Positions 26,401-41,400 of a DNA stretch of 64,000 nucleotides are shown here, one piece after another (the stretch's first letter is position 1; each line of letters starts with the position of its first letter). Under the pieces are notes generated by a model, which saw only the letters and a list, made by a program, of their open reading frames with translations, was not told the origin of the DNA and made no database searches. This DNA comes from Squalus acanthias (taxonomy: Eukaryota). Both the position numbers and the translations under genes were made by a program. The stretch covers positions 100,564,001-100,628,000 of the forward strand of contig CM059428.1 in assembly GCA_030390025.1 (NCBI GenBank). Direction: 5' to 3'.

Positions 26401-29400
26401 GGTCCCTATGTGGCTAGCATGAAGATAAAATTAAACGCAATGATTATTCTTGTTGTTTGCACTGCCTTATCTAGAGTTAAACCTGTAACTATAGATAAAA
26501 GCTACAGAATTATATTAATTTGTAACTCTATTATACAATATTTACTTTAATGTAATATTGAATACAATAAATGTGACATTTGTGTATCAAAAAGTTAAAC
26601 GTTTGATCTGTGTAGAATTATGGTCAAACAATAAAACAATTTTTGCAATTGGTTATGAAACACCTGTGCTACAACTGGGGTCTGTGAATGGGAATCATGG
26701 CTAGACTTTAAGCATTTTTAAATTATATGCTAATATAATCAGAAATTTGAACACTGAATTGTGACGGGTTACAATAAATTGGTAAATAGCTTATTTAAAG
26801 CATTTTCATAATTTCTAATAGTTAGAGTCAAAGGGTTATAAAAATGTAAGAATATCCCACATCGCAAATAAAATTGTTTGTGTGATATTACATGTTCACT
26901 TTTAAATATCGCCCTGTGTTCACTTTTTGTAACATTACAAAATGTCAGCTGTTACCTTGAGTCCAGGACTGCCTGGGAAGCCTGGGGGACCACCTGTACC
27001 CATGGGTCCCTATAAAGAAAAGAAATTGCAAATAGTAAGATTGCTTTTTGTGATTTTTTTATACCACAATTTACCATGCAGCTCCATGTTATATCAAATG
27101 TCTGCAGGAACAACTTTGATGCTAATGCTGATGAAGACGATAGTAAACAGTGAAATAGTTAAAATCTCCACCAAAATCAATTCAATGGTATTGCAGTGGA
27201 CCTGTGTTTCTGCTTATTACAGGTTAGGAGTCAGTACCTGGAGAGATACTGTTCTAGTATTTGTACCTGTCTACTCACATTATAATTATACATCCTTTAC
27301 AGGAGTTACACCATGGACAGTAACTTTAATGGAAGTCACGTAATATAAACTAACTTTTCATTTATGTGGAATTTTTTTCATATTATTGCATAGTGCCAGA
27401 CTAACAGTAATATACAAAAGTACATGGTGATGCAATGATGATAATATATCTCGTATCTGACTGAATAGAAGCTGTATGAGATATTGCCTACTATTCTTGA
27501 GGATGCATGAGAACATTATTTATAAGGAATGATTCCACAATCTCATACTCCAATTCGGGAGGCTCCACTCACAGGATGTGTGTTGAAAACATGGCTATAA
27601 CATTATAGCCTTGATTCTCCGACCCATACTCCCAGAGAGCATGGCTGCCCATTGGGAGCATCAGATTGCAGAATCACTCTTATAACTTGTTAATAATTGC
27701 ACATTTGCCTATTAAAGATGGATTAAGATTAATTTAACATTATGCAAGTGGCATACTTACAGGAGGGCCAGAAGGTCCTGACATACCATCACTGCCTCGG
27801 GGACCCTTAAAGGAAACACAAAACTTGTATTAATAAACTTACTAAAACCTAAGAATGCTCAATGCTACAAGAGAGACCATCAATAGACATCAAATTGATA
27901 ATAAAAAATAAACACTGAAATAAATGCTTTCATCAAAATGCCAGAATGGAATATTATAATATAACATTACAAAGAGGCAAAACACTTATTCATTAGCAAT
28001 ATTTTAAAAATCATCTTAAAGATCTATTTTTAATGGCATATATTTAATTTTGTTCAAAAATATTATTGGTGACCTTAGTACAGGGCCTCATTCAATGGGA
28101 AGGCAGATCCGCCAATTCATAACTGAAAAATTGGGTGGGCTGTGAATTAGGTGCGCTGACCATCAAGCCCAATTGTCTGATCTCCTTCTTGTTAAGCAAG
28201 GCTCCATGCTGGCAGCACTAAGAGTAAAATTGAGAAAGTATTAGAAACTTGAAACTCACAGATGGGCCAGCACCTCCAACACGGCCTCGCTCACCTGGAC
28301 CACCACGAAGACCCTGATAGCAAAAGGAAAAATGTATGTTTATTTTCGCTCAGGCCATTTATTTTTTAACCTAATATACGACATTTTGTACAAAGCTGAC
28401 TTTAAGGATTACGCAGTGTGTGACTAAAACTATTCTTACATTTAGAATTAATAAACACGTACCAAGAGTCCAGGGCTACCATTTGATCCTGAGTTACCAG
28501 TCTCACCCTGGGAAAGAAATGAAAACAATCTTTAGTTTTTTAGTTGCTTTTTACAATGTTAATAACACAGGAAAATATGTGCAACAATTAAACTTGAACA
28601 GGTGATATATTCTAACCTTACTTGATGACAAAGACCCTATTGTTTAATTTGTGCAAAAAGACATGTAAAATACTTCATCACCTGATGACTGACTGGCCAG
28701 CTTGAAACAAACATAATCAAGAAAACTTTGTTTTGCTCAGTGCTTTCTTCCAGCTATTGAGAAGTGTAAATGCTCACTGTTCTCATAGCAGTGGAAACAC
28801 TACCAGTGATGAATGACCTAGGCTCTGTTTATAGTTTACAGTGGTTGCTAAGTGTTCCACATGCTTAGTAGCAGAGGTACAGTCTCCTCCTGATAAATTT
28901 AATGTAATTTTTTGACGGGAAAAAATTGGAATTAGCTAATAATTTGAATGAAGCAATGTAAATAGCACAGTAAAGTGTAAATTTAGTACAAAAAAGGAAT
29001 TGTCAGATAATTTGAATTAAACAACTTTGAATGAAGAGGAGTAGGACTGTACACCATTTCCTCACTAGCTGACAAGGTGACGTTAAATGGTAATGATATT
29101 ATTCCAGTTATGTCTGCTGCCAGGTAACAGCAGGATATAACAGAGTAGAGAATTCTGATATGCATTTGGGAAGCAATTTACTACTTTTACTTTCCATACC
29201 GTGTATATCGCCATATTTACAAAACTTAAAGATGGAGATGAGAGTTTTTCTGGCCTGACTTTGATGACATACTGTAGCAATTGTTTCAAGTTTTACTCCA
29301 GACCTCTGGGTTAAACGAATAAAGCCTGATAAAAATGTTTACCAAAATAAACCCAAAAAGCTTTCTTTTACTTTTAACATCACTGGATTAAGTTTCTGAC

Positions 29401-32400
29401 TTTCTTGCAAATTAATAAAAAGAGAAAATTACTACACAGGATCGATACTTGCATGAGGATTATTGGCTGCCAATTCGCAGGTGTTTCAACTGAACACAGC
29501 CAATCTTGCGAGAAGTGAAGTTAAAATATTTGCTCTGATTTTTACTTAATCACGAGCACCACAAACTTGTGGACTTGAATTACAAATTACTTTTCAAATA
29601 TTGTCAGGATAGATATTCGCCTTGTAATGTAATTACTTTTCTAGGTAAACAAAATTTAAATTAAATTTCAAAATATGAAGATGTAAAACTGTAGGTTGTC
29701 CCACTTCAAGGTAGTGCATTGTGGGTAACTCTGTTATCAGTTTAACAGTCCTATGCCTCAAAGGAGCAACAGATGCACTAGAGACAACACTGCAATAATA
29801 AGCACCAGAAAGACGTGAAGAAAAACCAAGTGGAAAAAAATGGCCAAAATAAAGACCAAAAATAAAAGCTGAAAATGAGAAAGCTTAATCATACTCAATG
29901 GATAACTCTGGAAGATCAGTTTTCTCCCATGTGGGAAAGGCATATAATAAAGTGACAATGTCTTTACCAAGTGCTTTAAGTATGTTTATAATACCAGAAG
30001 CATACATTATAATTAAGACTGCTGAATTGTTGTAGTGATTACTAAGTAATTTAGTGTTTGTCAAAAATTTCTGCGTGAGGGAGCCCTGCAAATATTAGCA
30101 CACACCTCAGGATCACTTGCAATTACTGACATGTTCCTGGAGCTTTGTCTCAACTTCTGATGTCAGTTGCCTAAAGGAAAACTGACATCAGAAGTTATAT
30201 TGATAAAAAAATAGTACTGGAGAAATTAATGCGACTGAAAGCTTACATCCTAGGGTTTTGAAAGAGGTGGCTATAGAGATAGTGGATGCATTGGTTGTCA
30301 TTTCCAAAATTCCATAGATTCTAGAACAGTTCCCACAGATTGGATGGTAGCAAATGTAACCCCACTATTTAAGAAAGGAGGGAGAGAGAAAACGGGGACC
30401 AGTTAGCCTGACATCAGTAGTAGGGAAAATGCTAGAATCTATTATTAAGGACGTGGTAACAGGACGCTTAGAAAATAATAATAGGATTGGGCAGAGTCAA
30501 CACGGATTTATGAAAGGGAAATCGTGTTTGACGAATCTGTTAGAATTTTTTGAGGTTGTAACTAGCAGAATAGATAAGGGAGAACCAGTGGATGTGGTGT
30601 ATTTGGATTTTCAGAAGGCATTCGATAAGGTGCCACACAAGAGGTTATTAAACAAAATTAGGGCTCATGGGATTGGGGGTAATATACTAGCATGGATTGA
30701 TGATTGGTTAACAGACAGAAAACAGAGAGTAGGAATAAACGAGTCATTTTCGGGTTGGCAGGCTGTAACTAGTGGGGAGCCGCAAGGATCAGTGCTTGGG
30801 CCTCAGCTATTTACAATCTATATCAATGATTTGGATGAGAGGACCAAATGTAATATATCCAAGTTTACTGATGATACAAAGCTGGGTGGGAATGTAAGTT
30901 GTGAGGAGGATGCAAAGAGGCTTCAAGGGGATATAGACAAGCTAAGTGAGTGGGCAAGAACATGGCAAATCGAATATAATGTGGAGAAATGTGAAGTTAT
31001 GCACTTTGGTAGGAAAAATAGAAAAGCAGAGTATTTTTTAAATGGTGAGAGATTGGGAAATGTTGGTGTTCAGAGGGATCTGGGTGTCCTTGTACACAAA
31101 TCACTGAAAGTTAACATGCAAGTACAGCAAGCAATTAGGAAAGCAAATGGTATGTTGGCCTTTAGTACAAGAAGATTTGAGTATAATAGTAAAAACATCT
31201 TACTGCAATTATATAGGGCCCTGGTGAGACCACACCTGGAGTACGGTGTACAGTTTTGGTCTCCTTACCTAAGGAAGGATATACTTGCCATAGAGGGAGT
31301 GCAACAAAGGTTCACCAGACTGATTCCTGGGATGGGGGGGGATTGTCTTATGAGGAGAGATTGAGTAGACTAGGCCTATATTCTCTAGAGTTTAGAAGAA
31401 TGAGAGGTGATCTCATTGAAACATACAAAATTCTTACAGGGCTTGAGAGGTTAGATGCAGGGAGGATGTTTCCCCTGGCTGGGGAGTCTAGAACCAGGGG
31501 TCACAGTCTCAGAATAAGGAGTCAGCCATTTAGTACTGAGATGAGGAGAAATTTCTTCACTCAGAGGGTGATGAATGTTTGGAATTCTCTACCCCAGAGG
31601 GTTGTGGAGGCTCAGTCGTTGAGTATATTCAAGACAGAGATAGATCGATTTTTGAATATTAAGGGAATCAAGGGATATGGGGATAGTGCAGGAAAGTGGA
31701 GATGAGGTAGAAAATCAGCCATGATCTTATTGAATGGCAGAGCAGGCTCGAAGAGCCAAATGGCCTACTCCTGCTCCTATTTCTTATATTCTTATGAAAA
31801 CAGTGCTATCATTGTAAAAAATATGTTTTATTAGTATATACAACAACAAAAATAACATGCTGCTACTTTGACAAATAATGAAATCTGATTACAGATGAAC
31901 CAAAATCTGATGGCATCAGGGACCTGCTGGAAACCCCTTGCAGACTCCCTAAGTTGTGGGAAGCGGTTTCAAAACCTCATGTTTTGATTTCAAAAGGCTC
32001 GTTCTAGATCATAATTAAAAATAAATTCCCCAATTTGTTCCTACTAAGTGGTTATTAGAGGAAGACAGAGGTCTGAAAGCAGACCAATCATCTGCCCTCT
32101 CAGCCATCATTGGGGTTGGTGGGATAGGAAGACTCAAGGTGGGGGAGAAAAAGAGGATTGTCCTTATCAAACAAAAGCAGAGAAAAGTGCAAGTTTATAG
32201 AGGTTTATTTGGATGTTGTCTTAATGAACATTCGTCTCTGCAGACTGTCAGAAATACGATTCCGTATAAAGATAATGCCAGATCCATATTTTCTGCCATG
32301 ATCTTCGATACAGCTCCATTCTCTGGGGACTGTTCAATGGAATCATGATACTCAAACTTTGTAACTGGTCTGAGATGTGCTTACAATAGAAAAGAAGCAG

Positions 32401-35400
32401 TTTTGGTTCTCGTGGGATGAGCCTATATGTATAACATCTAGATATCTGGCAGAAATCATCAAATACAGAGAGTTATGAAACACCTCATACGTGCCCAGAA
32501 ACAACATTTGGCATGTCTGTTGTAGAACTGTTTTGGATGTTTTGTGATGAACTTGAAAATCTACTTAAAATATGTCCAGGCATGTTACGAGGAAGTCTGT
32601 CATTTGACTGTTCACTGCAGTTTCAAAAACCTAAAGCAGCTTTCCTTTCCTTAAAGATATGATGAGGCAGCCAACAGTTGATTTGTATAATTTCTCTTGT
32701 GTTCTGCCATGGAAACAATTATTGGCCCCAAAGTTATAAATCTGTTTCTAATTTCTGCACTGGGATATGCATGGCTATGTAGCTGAAATGTGTTTTTTTG
32801 ACAAAAAATGAGTCATTGCCCTCATAAAACGGTAACTTTTTACATATGGTCTGTAGATAGAACATTTGGCATATCAATTAATGACTGTGATGAATAACAA
32901 AACAAATTCAGCAGTTTCTGAGCACATTTGGTGCTGTATTTTTTTGCAAGTGTTATAGCCACATAATAGTTTATTCTGTTTAACTATTCCTCTTGTATGT
33001 GCATTGTTCGTGAAATCCTCCAACCAGGCTCCAACTCCTGGGAGATACAAATATTAGGCAATATCATGATTATTTATTGCTGTTTCATTTGTATAACTAT
33101 AGGTTGACACTAATCAGTCTTGTATAGACCTCATGGACAGCTTTGCACTTGGGAACCATAAATTCCTTAATTCTAGGACTGGCGTGGAAAATAAAGAGCA
33201 ATGGTGCTGAACCAGGTGCTTTGTGAACTCTTGCTGTGATGATGTTAGCTGCAAGTGGCTGCTTTTGACTCTGATTATTTATAGCATGTTTTGGTATAAC
33301 GCACATTTAATGGAACGCTGTGGTTGCTTACTAGGATGCTGTGACATACGATAGGCTAGTTGGTCACAGTACAATAGCATCGCTAACAAAATGGACTGAA
33401 AAGGTGAATCTCAGAAATTTAGGAGAGAAACCACAAAAAATACCTGAGATAAGAACTTAGATTTCCATTGAAAACCCATACAGTAACAGCGAAGTATATG
33501 TGTCAGTATTATGACATGGAAATAGGCTGCAGTGAAAAATTTGGCAAAGTGAAGACAAAAAAGGGGTGAACTACTTCCCTTCAACATTTTTAGCATAAAG
33601 GTCAGTGCAGGAAGATTTCCACTGTGGGGAAAGTGTAACAAAATTCTAAACCTGCTCTTTGCAAGGGAGCGTATGATTTCAGTATACTGGGACCCCCTAA
33701 ATGGACTGCAATGGTATTTTCTCGTCCTGTACATTCTAATTTCCCAGTGAAATCTTCCCCCAGCATGAGTACAAAATGGGATTTCCAGTTTTGTACTCAT
33801 GTTCAGTTTTCACTAAAATTCAAAATTGCAGAAATTTCACCCAAAATGGATAAATTACATAGAAAAATATGAATATGAAGTTCTCTACATCTGAACATAA
33901 TTAGAAAAGACTAAAGGTTTCTGTTCAATTTTCTGATATGAAATCTAAGTATATTGCTTGTAAAATGAAAGTCAGCAAATGGTACAAAGGGCTAGAAATT
34001 CACCTCCATAGCGCCCGGTTTTTCAATGCTATGGGTGCCATTTTGTGTCCAAAATGGCATGCGCGCTGTGCACGCACAATTCTGGTGTGGGCCGCGCCAG
34101 ACACCATCTTGGGAAAGGTCAAATAAGAAGCATACTTTACCCAAGTCTGAAGCAGGCGTCAGGCTATTAACATATGCCAATAAGGGTCCTAACGCCTGCT
34201 TCTGCTCCCTCTTGCAACTTTGGTTTGCGTCTGAGGCAGCCAGCACCAGTGCCGATTGTCTCCGGGAAAACCAACGCTAAATAGCACGGAATTAAAAAAA
34301 GGTAAGTACTTACCATAATCACTGCCGCTCCTGATCCAGTGATCTCTGACCTCACTCCCGATTCCGACCTCCAGGCCCCCTAGATCTCCCCCTGGCCCCA
34401 ACCTCCTAGCACCCCCCACCACCACAGCACTCCCGACCCTCCAATAATACTCCAGACCCCTGCGATCTTCTTCCCCAAACCCTGACAGCTCTCCGATCGC
34501 ACTCCGAGGCCCAACCAATCCTCCTCCAGATCCCTGCAATCTTACCCAATTACTTACCTGAAGACTGGCGCACGAACATGTGCGGGCTCCTGTCGCTGCG
34601 CCATTTACATGATAGAGGTCCGAGGCCCAAAATCCCGGGCTCCTCGGACCTTCCCATTTGAGCGCAGGCTGTTAGCACTCTGCAAGTAAGGCGCCCAAAA
34701 ATGGATGCTACCGAATTTCTAGGCCAAAGAATATTCCTTTGTTTACTGTATAAATAGCATACTCCCTAACTCATGCTTAACAGCTCAGCATACTGTAACT
34801 TGATCGTGGCTGCATGTCTTACCTTCATACCGGCGATACCCACATCTCCCTTAATTCCATCCAAACCATTGTAACCCTGTAAGGGAATGGAAGATATTAT
34901 AAAATATCAGTTAAACGGTGTAGCACTAATTATTTACTGCAGTAGAACAAAGATATAAAAAGTATCAAAAATAAAATGTCTAACTCACTCGGTGTCCTTT
35001 CCTGCCAGAGAGACCAGAAGTTCCTGGGAAACCACGAGCACCCTATGAAGAGGAAGCGGAAATACAACTGAATCATCAAAATGAAAAGATCTGGCATTGT
35101 TGTTATGGCTGTTTGGTAAAGAAAGTATATAATAAACATTTGCATTCAACAGAAGTATCACTGCCTTCAAGTCAGATAGTTCAAAACCAGATGTTATTAT
35201 TAGATTATATAAACCTCATGCTGCATCATCTCTTACCTGAGGTCCAACAAATCCACGGTCACCAGTTTTGCCAGCTTTGCCATTTGAGCCCTGTTAAGAG
35301 AAAAGTAAATACTTAGTACTAATACAATGTTAATTAAAGAGGTTTTGCACATAAATTTATACTATTAGGTAGATTATATTACTATTTACGTATGTGAGAC

Positions 35401-38400
35401 ATGCTCTACTTTTCTATACCTGCTAAAATATATTGTTAATTTTTACTTCTGGTATATTAACAACTACCAATGTAAGTAGAATGTTCATACATTAGACACT
35501 TCCAAATTGTTTAATATCCAATAGGTGAATGGATTTTCAGTAGTGTGCCAAAATGATAACATCATTTACAGAAACCTGGTAGATTCAATGCATACTTGGC
35601 CCTCCAGATCAAGTAACAGTTGTATTTATCTTTTTGGAGGCAGAATGGGTTAGATTGTTAAAACTATACTCTGGACAGATAGGGCTCAGATTAGCCACTG
35701 GGTCATTTCTGACCTCACCCAGACCCATTTGCAGAGATGCAGAGAGGAACTAAGGTTGTTCCCCCCACAATTGGAAATTTGACTTGAATCCATCAAGTAC
35801 TCATATTATACTGGTTACAGAATGGCATTGACAGGAACTGGGAGCAGATGGCTAGCTGTCCTCTTGGTCGGGGTAACATGAGGGAAGACTGCCTCAGAAA
35901 CATGGACTAATATGGCAAAAATAAAAACTTAATATTAAGTAATTAATTATTCATTAAATGGATAGTTTTTTATTGTACATCATGAAATATCAGAAAGCTA
36001 ATGTTGTTTTATAATGTGTAACAATAAGCAAACTTTCACCTGAATGAACAGGCCTGATGGCAAATGTAGTCAGGATGTCTATGGAGGGCTTATCTGGCCC
36101 AATTCTGAGAAGGCGCTAAATACATAGAAACCTACTAATGTAGGTCCCCTATAGGCACCTAGTACATATGATTGGACACTGAATCCAGGATTTTCTCATC
36201 CTTAATGTTGTGCATTTTAGTAATCGATATTAGTAATATTATATTACATTACGAAACACATTGCATTGTTATTTAGTGCACAGTTGCATATCTGTGACAT
36301 TATTTGTTTAATTGGATAAGAATTAAAAGAACTAGAATAACTTGTTGGCAAGTTGTTGTTGGCTGCCCAAAGAACATGCAACCTACATTGTGTTTTGAAG
36401 TAATGGATGAGATTGGCCTTGATTTTGAAACATCCAGAACTACAAAACTACAGCAGGAGAATTGTTTCACAAAGGATAGGACTCCATTAGCATTTAACGG
36501 TCAAAGCTGTTTATTCTGACCATCATGGCAAGTATATAATCAGATTCTAAGAAGTCAGATGCTTGCCAACAGTAGCATCAATCACAGAAGGGGAAAATTA
36601 TGTGCGTGTTGGTAATACTTTCAAACTATCTCATTGTGAATCATCTGGACCCTGCCTTATACTCCAGGGCAAGCTTTGGCACTAAAGAGAAAAGGAAACT
36701 CAAGAAGTTGCAGAAGCCCTATGCAACTATCTCCAAGCCAAAACTCTGGGGTGTCTTGACAACTAATTAATTCTTTGAAATATGTAGTTTATTACAATAA
36801 AATATCATTGTGATAGGACTAATTTCTAAACTCTGGTGATTCAGAAATATTTTCTCCCTTCATATTCACTCATCTCAATTTTGGACTAGGGATTCAGACA
36901 AATTCCTATCTTAGTGAGGGGCTGCGTGAGGTTCTCAATTTGCAGGTAAAAATGATCTGAATGCCCAGCTCTAGTATGTAGACATTACTTTCAATTATTC
37001 AGAACATAACGGTAATTTATTTTCTCTAGATATTGCCTTTGCTAGGTACAATATGAAGCATCTCAACGAGTGTTATTATCTGATTGATGCATAAAGTAGT
37101 TGTGATTCAAGGAGCTGACAACATTTAAAAATGCTGTCACGATTCATATTTTACTTCTTCATAATGTATACTTACATCTTCACCAGGTTTTCCGGGTGAA
37201 CCTTGAGGACCACGAGGACCCATTGGACCCTAGTGAATAAAAAGACAAAAAGAAAATCAGAATCAATATGAAATAAAAGATTCACAAATTCTTTAATTTG
37301 CCACAAAATGAAAATTCTGCTTTGAAGTGTACTTACAGTTGAACCACCTTCGCCTGAAATGCCTGGAAGTCCTCGGGGGCCGGGAGAACCCTGAAAATGA
37401 ACACATGCATTTGATTCACGTTATTCATGTCTGAAGTATCTAAAATAAATTGTAATCATGGTCATTTCAAATGGAGGTAGTACAATGTGTTGCATAGTTT
37501 CAATTATAAATGGGCAAGAGTAAAATACCAAGAAGTTGTAACACTTACAGGAGCACCGGCGGCTCCTTGTGGGCCTTTCATTCCCATTGCTCCCTAAAAA
37601 AAAAGAGATTATATCAGAATTAGTACACAATATGCTAATCTGTATTAAAGCAACAAGACAATCTTTGGAAACATAAACACAGTATAGATGAATACAAGGC
37701 AGATAAGGTTGGAGTGATTGAAGATATAATGAACTCACAAATAATCTACATGTACCGTTATGTTTTTGACTGTTTTAGGCTTAGTCTTTATAAACAAGTG
37801 GCCACTTAATAAAACTTTAATCCACAAATACTATACTATAAGTGAATCTGGCTTTAGGTGATCAGTATAACTGAATTGATAGCATTTTAACCGGTTTATG
37901 TTTCAATCAATTTAATCTATGTTTACATATTGAATTCTCTACCAATTAAAGGTAAATATAAAGATTTGAATTTATATAGGGTTTTACCATGTCTCGCAAG
38001 TGTCTCAAAGAGCCACACAATGAATTACTTTGAAGTGCAGTGAGTTTTGAAATGGGTAAAAGTCTCAGCCAATTATCCTCTCAAAAATCAGCAGTGAGAT
38101 GAATGACCAGTTAATCTATTTTTGGTGGTGTTGGTTGAGGAACACTGGAAGAGCTCTCGGTTCTTCTTTAAATAGTGCCATGGAATTTAAACTGAACCAA
38201 AGAAACAAGCAGATGGGACTCGTCTGAAGGACAGGTCCTTCAACAATGTAACACTCCATCAGTACTGCACCAAATGTGAGCTTAGATTTTTTGCTGAAAT
38301 ACTGGAATGGGGCTCAAACCCACTACAGAAGCAGCTACCAACTAACCAAGCTTACAATGATAAGTGTATATCAAAAGGAACATGTCTGCTAAATAGAACT

Positions 38401-41400
38401 AAAGTGAAAAAGCAAAACTTTCTCATCTGTTCTATAGTTATAATGACCATAAGTTCTTCCACTGTTGCAATTCGAGTTGCCCATCAGAGTAGAAGCAAAT
38501 CTTCTGGTAACAATTAGGGGTCAAGTTACATGAGATACTTCCATTCATACTCACCTTATTTATCTTTATTTTACCAGTAATTTCTTCATCATTGACAAGA
38601 TTTGATTTAAACTATGTAATTTTGCTAAACTGACCTTACTGGAGAAAACAAAAGGAGTGAAAATACTCAACATATTTCTTATTGGTCACTGTCTTCTGTC
38701 TTATCTTGGAATGGGAATGATGGGATATGATGTGTTATAAGTGCTTGGAGAGATTTAGCAAAACACTCTCCTCACCCATACAATTTCAAAAAAATATAAA
38801 TTCACACATAGTTTATTCTTACATTTTCAGGCAATGAAGACCTGCAATTTGGATTTCTTCTTGTATCCTGAGATGAGAAAATCTAGTATTTTCTTTGCTC
38901 AGGTACCACTGAATTAGCATCCAACCAGGTTCAAATTCTGAATTATACTATGGAGCAGTCCTTGGAGACATATGTAACCTATTTCATTGGACCAGCTACA
39001 TAGAGTGGAGCTCAATTATGAGTGGAGAACAAAACGGTGGATGTGCATGTGAGGATGATACAGCAACAAAAATGATGGTATCTCCTGCAAGGTGGAAGAT
39101 CTTTTCTTCATGCCTTGAAATAATATAGCTTGGGGAATACTTCATACTGAAAGTGTTCCCTTACAGTATACTTGTTCTTTAAGATGTTATTTTAAAGTGA
39201 CTTAGTTATACAGAACATCTGGCAGAGAAGCAATAATGTTCCTAGATAATATATGGGGCAACTATAACTTGTATAATAACAAGGTAGTGTAACAGTTTCA
39301 AAGATTTAAGATCACATGTTCAGCTATATTCTGGTGTTTCACAGATACATCTTGGTGTTTCTAACAGTTTCTTATGAAAATTAATCCTCCAGCATTTAAA
39401 AGTGGTGAGCGGTTTCTGTTATATTTTTAATGGTAGCTTTTAAATAATACATGATTCATTTTCAGGACATTTGGTGCGAAAAATGAGAACATTCAAATAC
39501 AAAATTACATAAAGGCTAATTCTGTGATTCCACAATCCCAGTAGGCAGCCATACTTGCAGGAAATGAGTTGGATAATCATAGCTACAATCTTGTAGTTCT
39601 ACCTAGGCCCCATACTCCCTTCAAGTGTGGCTTCCCTGTTGGGAGAACTGGATCAGGAAATTTAGCCTACAGTGTTGTGGGATTATTGAAGAAGGGGTTG
39701 TAAATGCATACCATGATTCCTGGTGTCATTTCGTCCCGTTTAAAGTACTGAGCAGCAAAGCTCTGAAAACAAAAACAGAGACACGTTATTACTTTAGGAG
39801 AGGCCTCAACTGATTATCAACTTATTTGCAGTCATGGAAATATTTGTTATGATAAAAGCACCAAGACTACACTAATTGAAGAATATTGCAAACACATGCA
39901 TATCTGTTCGTACATCTTTAGAAACAACAACAGAAATATAAATAACAGCAACCTACACAAAATACTTTCATATACATAGTAAAGCTAACTTCCCTATTAA
40001 CCAGTTGCCTTCTATTTTTATTCAATCATGGGATGTCGGCATCGCTGGCAAGGCCAGCATTTATTGCCCATCCCTAATTGCCCTTGAGAAGGTGGTGGTG
40101 AGCCGCCTTCTGGAACCACTGCCATCCGTGAGGTGAAGATACTCCCACAGTGCTGTTAGGGAGGGAGTTCCAAGATTTTGACCCAGCGACGATGAAGGAT
40201 CGGTGATATATTTCCAAGTCAGGATGGTGTGTGACTTGGAGGGGAACTTGGAGGTGGTGGTGTTCCCATACGCCTGTGGCCCTTGTCCTTCTAGGTGGAA
40301 GAGGTCGCGGGTTTGGGAGGTGCTGCCGAAGAAGCCTTGGCGAGTTGCTGCAGTGCATCTTGTAGATGGTACACACTGCAGCCACGGTGCACAGGTGGTG
40401 GAGGGAGTGAATGTTTAAGGTGGTAGATGGGGTGCCAATCAAGCAGGTTGCTTTGTCCTTCATGGTGTTGAGCTTCCTGTGTGTTGTTGGAGCTGCACTC
40501 ATCCAGGAAAGTGGAGAGTATTCCATCACACTCCTGACTTGTGCCTTGTAGATGGTGGAAAGGCTTTGGGGAGTCAGGAGGTGAGTCACTCGGCGCAGAA
40601 TACCCAGCCTCTGACCTGCTCTTGTAGCCACAGTATTTATGTGGCTGGTCCAGTTAAGTTTGTGGTCAATGGTGACCCCCCAGGATGTTGATGATGGGGG
40701 ATTCAGCGATGGTAATCCCGTTGAATGTAATGGGGAGGTGCCTAGACTCTCTCTTGTTGGAGATGGTCATTGCCTGGCACTTGTGTGGCGCGAATGTTAT
40801 TGTCATTTATCAGCCCAAGCTTGAATGTTGTCCAGGTCTTGCTGCATGCGGGCACGGACTGCTTCATTATCTGAGGAGTTGCGAATGGAACTGAGGGCAG
40901 GAGTGGGAGTAAGGGAATGAGAAGGGACAGAGAAATCAAACTATATTCTTAAGCTCTCCTGCTTTCTATCCTATCACTGACCTTCCCTTTTGTTCTTTCA
41001 TCCCCTGCCCCTTTTCCCAGCCCCTAAACTTGCTTTAAAATCTATTCCATTTCCTGCTTTTTTCCAGTTCTAACGAAAGGTCTTCGACCTGAAACGTTAA
41101 CTCTGTTTCTCTCTCCACGGATGCTGCCTGGCCTGCTGAGTTTTTCCAGCGTTTTCTGTTGTTATTTCGGATTTCCAGCATCCGCAGTATTTTGCTATTG
41201 TATATTCTTAAGCTCTTCACTCTTCCTGTTTTCCTTTTAGTCAGTCTTTAAATATTTAGTTGTTATCACTCAAAATCAAACAAAAATACTGGGCTGACTG
41301 AAAATCCTTCCTTATTGTTGCCATACGGAGAAGGAAAGTCCCAGTTTCAATCCTTGGTCTGTGTTGAGCAGTTAACTGAACTCAGCTAAGGTGAATATGA

